A DNA stretch of 41,236 nt. It comes from Nemertoderma westbladi. Taxonomy: Eukaryota > Animalia > Xenacoelomorpha. Below are positions 22,742-33,627 of this stretch, piece by piece. Made by a program: the position numbers and the translations under genes. The first letter of the stretch is position 1; every line of letters begins with the position of its first letter. The DNA lies in assembly GCA_032718475.1 (NCBI GenBank), contig JAUCBJ010004264.1, forward strand, positions 1 through 41,236. Reading direction: 5' to 3'. Below the pieces are notes generated by a model. The model saw nothing but the letters and a program-made list of their open reading frames with translations, did not search any database and had not been told where the DNA came from.

Positions 22742-24080
22742 CTCATTGTATTTCATTTTGGCTCTTTTTCAGCTCAGTTTATTTGTAAGATCAATTTGGA
22801 TGCAAATGGGCCACTGTAAAAGATGTATATTTGTGGCCCTAATGTAAATCATCTCATTCTTTATGATAGTAAAGGTGGCCCTTTTCCCGTTCATATAATT
22901 TAATAAATCAATTTAGAAACAAATGGGCCAGACAACCTTTTTTTCAAAAAATGACATGATTAGTAACATGAATTGTAAGACTTGCAATGTAATTACCACA
23001 GTTAACCTAAAACTAAAATAATGTAGATTTTAATAAACATTATTTTTGTTTGAACATATTTTATGAATGGTTGATATATCTTCTTGAAATTTGGTAAGAG
23101 TGACCTACACCTACAAGCATTGCTTATTTAGAAATTCTAAATTCAGACAGACTTTAAAGTTCCCCTGTCTGCCGCTAGGGGGGCAAATTGACAGAATCGT
23201 AGAAGTAGCTGTGTAATTATAGAACCAACCATCAGATTCCATCTGAAATTTGGTAGGAGTGAACAAGGAGCATTGCATAATTATAAATTATATGCCTAGA
23301 CGGACTTTTATATTTCTTATGTTCGTTATTCGTTACTAAGTTCTAGCTCTAAAGAGCCTTATCCATAAATATCTCCATGCGCTACAGTATGGCCCTAATG
23401 CTGTTAAGCTCATTGTATTTCATTCTGGCCCTTTTTCAGCTCAGTTTATTGGTAAGATCAATTTGGATGCAAATGGGCCACTGTAAAATATGTATATTTG
23501 TGGCCCTAATGTAAATCATCTCATTCTTTATGATAGTAAAGGTGACCCTTTTCCAGTTCATTTATATAATAAATCAATTTTGAAACAAATGGGCCAGTGA
23601 AACTTTATCAAAAATTGACATGAATAATAACATGATTTTTAAGACTTGCAATGTAATTACCACAGTTAAGTAAACTAAAATAATAAATTATAATAAGCAT
23701 TATTTTTGTTTGAACATATTTTATGTATGGTTGATATATCTTCTTGAAATTTGGTGAGAGTGACATACACCAACAAGCATTGCTTATTTGAAAATTCTAA
23801 ATACAGACACAGACTTTAAAGTTCCACTGTCTGTCGCTAGGAGGGCGAATTGACAGAAACGTAGAAGTAGCTGTGTAATTATAGAACCAACCATCAGAGC
23901 ATTGCATAATTATAAATTCTATGCCTGGACGGACTTTTATAGTTCTTATGTTCGTTATTCGTTACTAAGTTCTAGCTCTAAAGAGCCTTGTCCATAAATG
24001 TCTCCATGGCGCTACAGTATGGCCCTAATGCTGTTAAGCTCATTGTATTTCATTCTGGCCCTTTTTCAGCTCAGTTTAGT
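22742..24080. repeat. Internal tandem duplication with a ~630-670 bp unit (two full copies plus the start of a third)
   Basis: CTCATTGTATTTCATT...CAGCTCAGTTTA recurs at ~22742, ~23409 and ~24039 with colinear downstream sequence. Confidence 0.85.
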
Positions 24081-24116
24081 TGTAAATTGGTGAATTGGTG
24101 CTACAAAATAATTATT

Positions 24117-24250
24117 TATTACATGGGAAAAAAGTATAACTTTTTTTCATTATTCTCAAGGCATTTTATTTACCGAGCGCCAGCGAGGTTAATAAAGGGT
24201 CGAGAGAATATTGAAAAAAAAATGTTCTACGTCTTTTTCCCCATGTAATA
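24117..24250. repeat. 134-bp imperfect palindrome (foldback mini-element)
   Basis: TATTACATGGGAAAAAAG ... CTTTTTCCCCATGTAATA, with pairing continuing inward to a central ACCGAGCGCCAGCGAGGT. Confidence 0.65.
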
Positions 24251-26384
24251 CGTAATTGTATTCTTAAACAGGTACTTGCTTAATTCGTTAATAAAATTAA
24301 TATAGAGCGATATAGTGTTACAAAATAAAATTAACTGTAGTATTTTACTATATTGCTTCCATAGTTACTGCGATTCAAATTATTGTACTCTTCAACTCCC
24401 TGATGCTGCCTTATTCAATGTTAAAATGATTTTGTGTTCTCGAATATTTTGTGGAAATATTTCACTGTTAGGTAGCTATTTGTATATGTATATTTGTATA
24501 TCCATTTATATCCATGTAGTCCATTTTATACATTTTGGTAAGTGGCCCGAAAATTGTGTTTTCATCTAGTAATAAAATGAAGGTGCATAACTTTTTAAAG
24601 GAACCGTATACACAAAGGGCCATCCAAGCCCGTTTGCGGTTTCGGGCTAAAGGGCCAAAAAGGGGCTAAAGGGCCACTTTTTAATACCCCCCAAGTCGCA
24701 ATAGGGCCACTTTTGATATACAAAAGTGGCCCTTCAGCCCGAACGTATATCTATATATATATATATATAAATACAGTGGGGCTCTGGCTACTGTAACCTG
24801 CTGTTTTCCCATTGGTAATGGAATTATTAAATAATGTAATTTATTCAGGCTCAATGAACATTTAATTAATGATGCTCAAAATTACATGATGGTCATCACA
24901 TAGTTTGTTATCGTCATGCTTTTTAACTTATTTGTGGTAGGGTAGCTAATCTTGAATCTGTTGTCATTTCATTATGAACAGCCTGTACTGTGGTACTAGT
25001 TCTGTTGGCTTTATGTGTGTTGGAAATTTGTAATCTTCACAAGGGTATTTATTACTGGTTTCACTACAAATTTGTTTTGATTTACACTACCTGCACTTGT
25101 ATACCGGTATATGTCTGTAGTAAATGGGCCACTCTACAAACTTACTACAGTTTACTATGCAAGAAGTTCAAACCTGCTTCAAGCTCAGCTAAAGCCGTAT
25201 GCGACCCAAAGGCTCCTCTTCCGACAGCTGCTACCCGAAGTTGTATGGGCGCTACTCCTATCCCAAGTTTTCCTCCCAGTAATTCAACTGGTCCTTATAA
25301 TACCTGCTTAGACAGCAGCAATCTGAACTCATAATGGCTGCTTTTTTGGAAGGCCTGTCATTGGTGTTTCGGTTGGTGTGCAATGTGCGTAAGTGATAGA
25401 TGTACAAGAGCGTGCGTGTAGTGTGTACGTTATAGACCTGCTATATGTACTACTATATCAAAGCTACTACTATTATTTCAAATATGACTTGCTTTGTAAC
25501 TCTTCACATTCCAATATTTAAAATTAGTTAAGGGGGGTACACAATATATTTAGAGACAACATATATATATATTATTCATATATTCTATTTATTATTTTTA
25601 TAATTATTATTTAATTTAATAAATAATTAATTATATTCTACAAAACTTTTACTCGTTTTGACGTTTTAAAAAACTCAATGGCCCAAAAATTACCAAATAT
25701 ATACTTTTTATTATATTCGCTAGTAGTATATGGGCCATGGTTAAATTATCCAATAATCAATTCCATGGTCATACTTTAATTTATAATTTGATTTATATAC
25801 ATATCTATAACTATATAACTATAAAATTGTGGTAGCAAAGGAGCCACATTGTAGCCTCTGGGCCATAGTGAATATATTCTTAGTCCCATTTAGGCCTTCT
25901 TAGTAGCATAAAGGCCATGTAAATAATATATGTAGCCCCATGGCCAATTTGCAGCAATTAGGCCACCAAAATTCAAAATGGCCTTTGATACAATAGGCCA
26001 CTGGTAGCGAATAGGCCTGAAAAATATATTTCTTGAATGCGAATGGGCCACTGGAGTTATACACATATGACCCGCATGATACAAGGAATATCTATATAAA
26101 TATATATAGTATATACAAAAAATTAAAAATAAAGTAATTAATAGGAACGCATTTTAAACAACCATGTTCAGCATGATCCGGTCTCTTAAATATAATTTTG
26201 AGTTGAACGAATTATGTTTTTGACAGACCAATATCAAGCAAGTAAAATTAATTGGAAACAGAGAAACAACATGTTCCTATCTGTTCAATCGTAAGTAGTC
26301 ATCATTTTATTTAAGCAGGGACACAAAGCGCAACCCTGTTTAAATACTGTACGTAAAATTATCACATTGGTTACATTTTTGCAT

Positions 26385-26438
26385 ATGTGTTTCGCCGGAA
26401 TTTGGCTCATCAGCTACACTAACCCGTGCAGGACACAT
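26385..26438 (-). ncRNA. Hammerhead ribozyme, type III topology
   Basis: The minus strand reads AUGUG-UC^-CUGCAC-GGGUUA-GUGUAG-CUGAUGA-GCC-AAAUUCC-GGC-GAAA-CACAU. The core is complete (CUGAUGA, GAAA, GUC); stem I has 6 bp, stem II 3 bp, and the open stem III 6 bp. Predicted cleavage is after position 26432. Confidence 0.88.
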
Positions 26439-26992
26439 GTTAATCCAACTAACTACCTAACTAACTACCAACTTACTACTAACTAACTACTAAAATTATG
26501 CAAAACTAGGCGTTTTTGAACTAAAATGCCTGTTATAATTCGTTGGCTTAATTCTTCTGACCCAAAGGATAGCTGTAAAGGAATTGCTGATCAATCATGG
26601 CCTAACTTATTGGAACTGTTAGCGATGATGCTATTTGTAAGTATGGAAGTACAGTCGTAAATTATGGCATGTCCTCATTGTTTTTAGAGTAACAACCCCT
26701 AAATCAACCAGAAAGATAATAATATTTAACAATATCGATAGTGAGGCAGATACATTAATGAAGCTGAAAATTCTGGAGAACATCATGAAAATGGAAATAC
26801 AACAGAAGTCCGCCAGAATTTGTTTACTAGGCCTACTACCAGTTCCCCCAATCAATCTAGATCAACAAACTTGGGACCCGGGGTTGGGTGTACTAGTATT
26901 TCGGATGAATGCAGTCAACCAACTAAATGTAACTACGGCTGAGTCATCCGGACCGCGTAAGGACTGTTAAATGCAGCAATCAGCAATCCAGA

Positions 26993-27109
26993 AATCAGCA
27001 GAGTCAACTGGTCGAATGTCCCATGAATCAGCAGATTCAATTGGTTGAATGTCACAGAAGTCAGCAGAGTCAATTGGTTGAATGTTTCTTAAGTCAGCTG
27101 AGTCAAGTT
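26993..27109. repeat. 33-bp tandem repeat, ~3.5 units
   Basis: AATCAGCAGAGTCAACTGGTCGAATGTC-like unit at 26993, 27026, 27059 and 27092. Confidence 0.8.
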
Positions 27110-27760
27110 AATGATAGACATGTAAGCAGGGAGAGTTATATTAATGGATGTCCGCTTATTAATATCTACATCTAGCGTGTTCCAGACAATGACACCATTA
27201 TATTTTAACGATTTCTGTCCTTGTAGTAGTCGGGTGCGTGGTACGTAGTAGTATTTTCTTGTTGTTGATCGTGTGTTGTAAGTATGTACAGTGGATGTTT
27301 GTTGAAACAACGACGTGATAAAATTTTGTTTTTTGTTATTGTGGATTTCCCACATTAGTTTAGCTGTTTCAAGAAAATGCAGTTGTTCAAACGGTAGTAT
27401 ATCAAATTGTTTGTAAAGTGGTGATGCGTGTTCCCGGTAGTGACTGAAGGTGATAGCTCTGACTAGTTTATTTATTTTAATTTTAATAGGTTTCGTATGT
27501 GTAGATTGAGCGTTACCCCAGATCACTATACCGTAATTAATGTAAGGTTGTATCAGTGAACAGTAAAGTAATTTTAATATAGGTAGTGGTAGAGTGTGTC
27601 GGCCAAAAATATACCAGCCGATTTTGAGATTTTCTTCAAAACATAGGCGGATAGGCACAGCATAGGCACAATGATTTTTCCAAGATAACTTTCTGTCTAT
27701 CCAAATTCCTAAAATTGTTGTTTCATTTACATTTTTTATTGGTTGATTACGTATTTTTAT
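27089..27760 (-). pseudogene. C-terminal fragment of a CR1/L2-group LINE reverse transcriptase ORF
   Basis: LGIWIDRKLSWKNH just upstream, then LYCSLIQPYINYGIVIWGN, HASPLYKQFDILP, HTYNTRS and YNGVIVWNTL. Confidence 0.8.
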
Positions 27761-28181
27761 GTTATGTTATTGTGTTTTGTTTCTTTTTTATTTGTATAAT
27801 TAATGTCTAATTAATAATTGCTAAGTAGTAAGAATGCAATTAACATCATTATCATATGAAAGTTAATTGTATTTAGTGTTATAATTTTACAACAAACAAA
27901 CACCTCAATTAAAATTATGAAACGTACGCAATCCGCAGACAAAAAAGTTAAGGTGAGAAAGTCAAATTTAACGTTATACTTTAACAGGGTAACAGACGTT
28001 TCGGTCTAAGACGTTTTGGCCTAGGAAGTTTCGGCCCAATGAGTTAAATAGAAGATTTGCTTATCGGACGTTTTGGCCCAAAGATTCCCTTTACTCCCTT
28101 GAATAAGTCAAATATAAAGTTTAGTCTACACAATGTAATATGTAGAAGATTATATGCAAATAAATTTAATACATTTAACTG

Positions 28182-29490
28182 TTAACCCTATTAGTACCGG
28201 GCTATAAAATGTTGTACAAATACCGGGGGGGGGGGGGGGTCATATTGAACCCCCCCTCTAAAATCTACAAATATTAACGAAAACGTCTGATTTTTTGTTT
28301 GTACGTAGATATCACTTGTCTGGATCCGACCGAAAAAAAAATTTTCGAAAAAATGTACTGGGGTGGTTATATTGCAGCACCAAAATTACAAGTAGTGCAC
28401 AATTTTCACAAAATTTGAAAGTTACATTATCGGCTAATTATTTTTCAATACAGGTTTTCTGGGGTGCAAAATACATTGGAAAATATTTAAAAATGATATG
28501 ATTACTATTAATGGCTGTTTAGTCCTCTCTGCGTAGGAAAAAAAATGAAAAAAACAAGTAACCAGCACTTTTCAGTTAGAATATAAAATTTTTAATTCAC
28601 TTATACGATGCTATAAATTCACATTTTCAGGTTTTCGAGGGCGCTGATTCTAATGGAATACATTTATAATATGCCAGATCATTGCTACTTGTATTTTTCG
28701 GCGTAATTTGGCAAATTTTGGTGCTAGCACCAAATTTCGTACCCATCACCAAAAAGTACAAGTTTGCGATGTCCAGTGCTGTTTTTATTGATTCCATCTG
28801 ATTCAGGACCCTCATAAACCCGTATAACGCAAGAAACAAGGTGATACTATCTACTTATCAATTTGCATATTTTCCAAAATTTGGTGCTGGCACAACAATT
28901 TTCACCCACCGGCGAAAAATACAAGTTTGAGAACTCTTATGAAATTTTTAATGATTCCATTGAATTCAGAACCATCACAAACCCGTATAACGCAAGAAAC
29001 AAGGTGACACAATCAATTGATATATTTGATGGTTTTCAAAATTTGGTGCTAGCAACACATTTTGCACCCACATCCGAAAAATACAAGTTTGAGATGTCTA
29101 GTTCGATAATTATATTTTCCATTGAATTCAGAACAGCCATAAACCTCTAAAACGCAAGAAATAAATTGTCACAAGCAATTTTATCTATTGAATGGATTTT
29201 CAAAATTTCGTGCTAGCACCAAAATTTGTACACAGCACCGAAAAATACAAGTTTGATACGCTTGGTGCAACTCGTATATATTTCATCGAATCCAGAAACC
29301 CAAAAAACCCCAATTGCGTAAAAAACAAGTTTCAAACGATCAATTTACAAAATTGACTTATTTCAAAATTTGGTGCTGGCACCAAAATTTGGCACCCACC
29401 GAAAAAAACAAGTTTGGAATTTCTAAATCAATTTATATGAATTCCATCAAATTTCTAACACCAAAAAACCGGTGTAAATCAAAAATAGAG
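28182..29490 (+). mobile_element. Left part of a TTAA-CCCT non-autonomous DNA element (piggyBac-like terminus), copy 1
   Basis: Starts TTAACCCTATTAGTACCGGG followed by G and C tracts. The first ~395 bp recur at 40797-41236. No matching right end was found. Confidence 0.6.
28700..29490. repeat. ~164-bp tandem repeat, ~5 diverged units
   Basis: AATTTGGTGCT(A/G)GCAC...AAAAATACAAGTTTG recurs at about 28715, 28879, 29041, 29206 and 29369. Confidence 0.85.
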
Positions 29491-29713
29491 ATGTTACAAT
29501 TAATATTTAACCCTTTGAGGACCACAATGTTCCAGAAGTGCCACATTTGATTCAAGTGAATATTTGGGGGTCAAGGCCGATATAAAAACATAAAAACAAA
29601 AGGACATTGAAAAATTTCAATGCTTTCATAGAAATCTGAGCCGGGATCCCGGAGTCCCTATGGTCTTTAGGTGAACCTGGGCATTTTTCGCGAATTCCTT
29701 TTCAGAATATGTT

Positions 29714-31917
29714 CTATATCATTTGGGACACACGAAAAGTCAAAATGTTCAAGCAGCGATGCTCCAATAAAAGAAGAACAGAGGCAGTACATTCTTGTAT
29801 TCTTATGTACAGTACAATAATGTAGTCAATATTTAAAAACACAAATTCACCATCATTACTTTTAATATATGCCAAATATGATTTGGAGTTCAATTTACGT
29901 GGGTAGTGATATGAATGAAGGACTCGGCCATTAACACAAATACGGAAACTTAGTTTATCGATATCAGCACAATCAATACCGTACAGTTCTGATGATGATG
30001 GTATACATGTGGGTAGGGTTAATTTACCAAATACATAAACTTTATCTGATGATTTACAATTTTTGTGTAAGATCAACTTATTACGAAGAAATCGTTTAAT
30101 AATAATAGATGCTTCATTTTTACTACCTGATACTAAACACTTTAAGTGATGAAAAGCGCTCTCAAACATGGCAGCCGAAGATGATTGTAAAGGACCGAAA
30201 AACTCTACTTGTTTAGGAAGATGCGATAGGGTGTGTAAAGATAGGGATTGAGATGCACTTCCAAAAAGAGCCGGAATGGCCTGCCTAAAAAATCGAATTA
30301 GATTTTCAGAATCGAGGATTCCTTCTGGCAGTATCTGGTCGTTTAAAAGTATATGAAGCAATGTAGAGAAGCAAGTTATTAATACAATTACTCTCTTCTC
30401 AACATCAGTTAGATAAAGTAAAAATACAACATAGTACAAGTAAAAATGTTTAAGTTCTGTGGCTTTCCAATACTTCAAGAAATCAAGAGAATGGGGCTTC
30501 CGTGAAAAACACACAGGTAGTTTTATGCTTTCAAGAAGAGGAAAAATTACATTACAGTCTACTAGGTTCTTTTTAATTAGGAATGTAAGCATAGTTTTTC
30601 CGATACCTAAATATAGCAGATGCATGGGATCAAACGGAGCTGCTATTGGGGTGTCTATAACATCAATTAGTGGTGTCGAACCCTTGACTCCATACTGGGG
30701 TTTAGACGCTTCCATAGCTGCTGTTGCAAGTGATTTATGAGAATCATTTGTTCTTAAAGGGTGAGGAGTTTCACTGTATGGAAAAATCATCATATACAAT
30801 CAATCATATACACCTTCTACAAAACACCATGGGCACCCATATGCATTATGGTGACAAATATTTAGTGCATCTGCCTTCGCTGGTAAATCAGCAATAAGAA
30901 TAAAAGGTTTCACTCTAATAGTTTTATTGTTAAATTCAATACGAAAATTCATAAAGTTTTCTACAGCAATATTGCACAATTTTAAAATATCAGGTTTGTC
31001 ATGCCCTTGGTTAACAACATATTTTGAGATTTTATCCTCTCATGTAAAGGAAGATTGATTACACAAGCCATTACAGGCCATAAACATAATCCCTTCGACT
31101 TATGGGCAGGTACAACACCATCTGTATTAATGCATATATATAGGTGGTTTTCTGATTGCACCTGTGAAAAATTGAAATAACTTCCATCCATTATGTCTTT
31201 GTATACTGATATTTGAGATTGTGAAGTGTTTCCAAAATTGGCACTGTCAGTGTCATTAATGTTAAAAATTCTAGGGTACAATTTTAATAGTGTAGTCACT
31301 TGATCTTCTAAGTCAATATATAATAATTGTTCATCCCAGATTTATTACTCTTAACAGTCACAATGTCACAGCAATCAGTAAGTATACAATTTTGAAATTC
31401 AGATAAACGAGGAGTTCAATTAGGTAAAGGTAATAAATATATCAGCAAATAATTCTATGATGTCCTTGGCAGCTGAGTCACAAAGATGGTGTTTCACCAT
31501 AATATGCAAAAATGTATCCTTAAAACACTCTACCGTTATTTTAGAACCACTATAGAGTTTGTCATCGAGTTCACTGTTAGCAAAACTGCTATCATCGAGT
31601 GCAATATCTTGGGTTGATTCATCAAAAGGGATTGGTGGTGAAGTAAAGTGATTGTTTCCATGGAAAGTGGATATGTAATTATCAAAGGCGGAATACGAAT
31701 CGTTGCCTCCAATTTGGATATTGTATAGCTCTGTGGGCCTACCAGACCCAGTTCCTGAAGTATTCAATCTGCCAGAGGAGTCAGTACTACCAATGCTTGT
31801 CAAAAGGGAAGAAGAGGAATACTGTGGAACTCTACGTTTTTTAGTCTTTAGATACTTCAGTTGCTTAGAACGGGATAGTTTTGACTTTCGAATATAGGCC
31901 CTTTTCCTTCCGCTCAT
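29714..31917 (-). pseudogene. EnSpm/CACTA-type (CMC) transposase, frameshifted
   Basis: In order across frames: KHHLCDSAAKDI, DIMDG, INTDGV, LWPV, ADLPAKA, YGCPWC, GVKG, DPMHLLYLG, WKATE, LHTLSHL, FGPL and FES. There is an in-frame stop near 30800 and frameshifts near 31000 and 31400. Confidence 0.85.
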
Positions 31918-32142
31918 AATTAATTACACATCCATCAGAAATATATCAATAAAAAAAAAGTACCGGCAATTCCAGCATGGTGTATATAATATATATATAG
32001 TCTATACTCTATAATGCTTCGATGTTAGTATATAATATGTATTGACATAATGTTAGCTATAATAAAATTGTTAATTAGTCGGTGAAGACGTAAAATATGA
32101 ATTATGATGGACATTGGTATAATCAAGATATATTGATGGGGG

Positions 32143-33348
32143 CTATTCCTCATCGTGTCTCTCGCATTGCCGAGTCTCGCGGACTCGGCAACGCTTTCCA
32201 TTGGCAACATCACTGCCAAGCTGGTTGACAGCGTTAATGACAGAACGTATAATGTCGACATCGATATCTTTATCAAGATTAAATCGATTCACAACAGCAT
32301 CCAAAAAGATATCTATCTGACTTCGCAGCATTGAAAGGAATATGTTTCGTAGAATTGATCCTAATTGGAAACAAGATTCCTTCACCAGCTCCTTGTCGGT
32401 CCAAAGCACACGGGCAATAAGATTACCATATCCTGTAGGATTTAAATCGAAGTTGACAGGAGGCTGTGTGAGTGGATTTGGAGATCGGAATGCCTCATTA
32501 CAGCTACCCGAAGGTGATGATGATGTATAGTCAGAACTTATCAGAAGCTTGCAGAGATTACGGTTTAGTTCACTCGAACGTTTATTTTGTTTAGTCTGCA
32601 ACTTAACAAGTGTATTCATAGCCTTGGTATTTTTATTTAAAGCTTTAACGATTGGTCTGGTTAGCATAGTGAAGTTGTCACTGCCAATATTCCCAATGTC
32701 ATCACTTTCATCGTCATCTTCAATCATCGGTGGTGAATTGACAATGGCAACCATATTTCCAGTAACACTGAATGAATCATCAACAATCTGACTCTCCTCT
32801 TCTTCTCTAATAGGATTCAAAAAATTAGTAGGATTGATTCGTTGGGAATCTTCAATAATAGAAACATTGCGATTGTGAGCCTCATCTAGAAAGCCGAAAC
32901 TACTATTAGCACTAAGCGATCGATTGTTAGCCTCAAGTTGTAGACGTCGTTCTTTTATTCGAATGTCCTCTTCAGAGCTGGAATGGCCAAGGTAAACTGC
33001 TTTAACAAACCCAGAAGGACTCTCTTTGTTCTTTAAATTGAATGTATCAGAAACTTTAAGAGCATTAAAATCGATTTCAATTGGTAGAAGGGTAGAGTTA
33101 CTAGTTATCGAACTGTATCTCTTTTCCTATAGAAAAAATAATAAGATGTAAAGGGGTCCGATGCTAGGGGTGTCCTGCGCTCGGGGGACGGGCGCTCGTC
33201 GAGGTCTAGAAAGTGAAATTGGGAGGGGAGCTCTCGAGCTGAGACCAACATCTGAGGAAGAGAGCGCCGTAGATATTATTGGTAATCCATCAGCAACCGC
33301 AAGAGCATTGGAATAATTCATATCCATGGAACTTAATTGCCAACCCAA
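32143..33348 (-). pseudogene. Accessory ORF of the EnSpm-type element with a BEN-like C-terminal domain; one in-frame stop
   Basis: 33348-33127 and 33126-32143 are in the same frame, split by TAG. C-terminal GNLIARVLWTDKEL...FLDAVVNRF...INAVNQL resembles BEN domains. Confidence 0.55.
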
Positions 33349-33627
33349 AGGGCATTGACAATGTCAAATTATCTAGGAGTAGGGCCACCTCTAGTAGTTG
33401 TAGACCAATAATTTTGATTCTATAATAAAGATTGTATTTATTAGAGATATTTTATTAACATTCTTCAAATCCTCGCTGGATATTCCGTGAGTTATCGACT
33501 TTTAAAAAATCAAGAAATGGTTCCCTAATGCCCCACTAAGGAGGGCATCAACAAGGGACGGCATGTTTTGCATTAAGGGACGCTATAATTCTATGATTGG
33601 CAATGGAACCTAACAAATAGGCATTAA

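Larger units (their letters stand above)
22463..24747. mobile_element. Non-autonomous TIR element inserted in a (TA)n microsatellite
   Basis: Imperfect 21-bp TIRs (TACGTTCGGCCTAAAGGGCCA / TACGTTCGGGCTGAAGGGCCA), (TA)n on both sides, and many GGGCCA/TGGCCC motifs; no credible ORF. Confidence 0.7.

Noticed and set aside
27990-28082. GACGTTTCGG repeats as a second hammerhead (CGAAAC on the minus strand)
   Set aside because: There is no CUGANGA partner. It is more likely a MITE subterminal remnant.
28700-29490. Palindromic repeats with ~164-bp spacing as CRISPR-like
   Set aside because: The intervening sequence is also homologous between units, so this is a tandem repeat.
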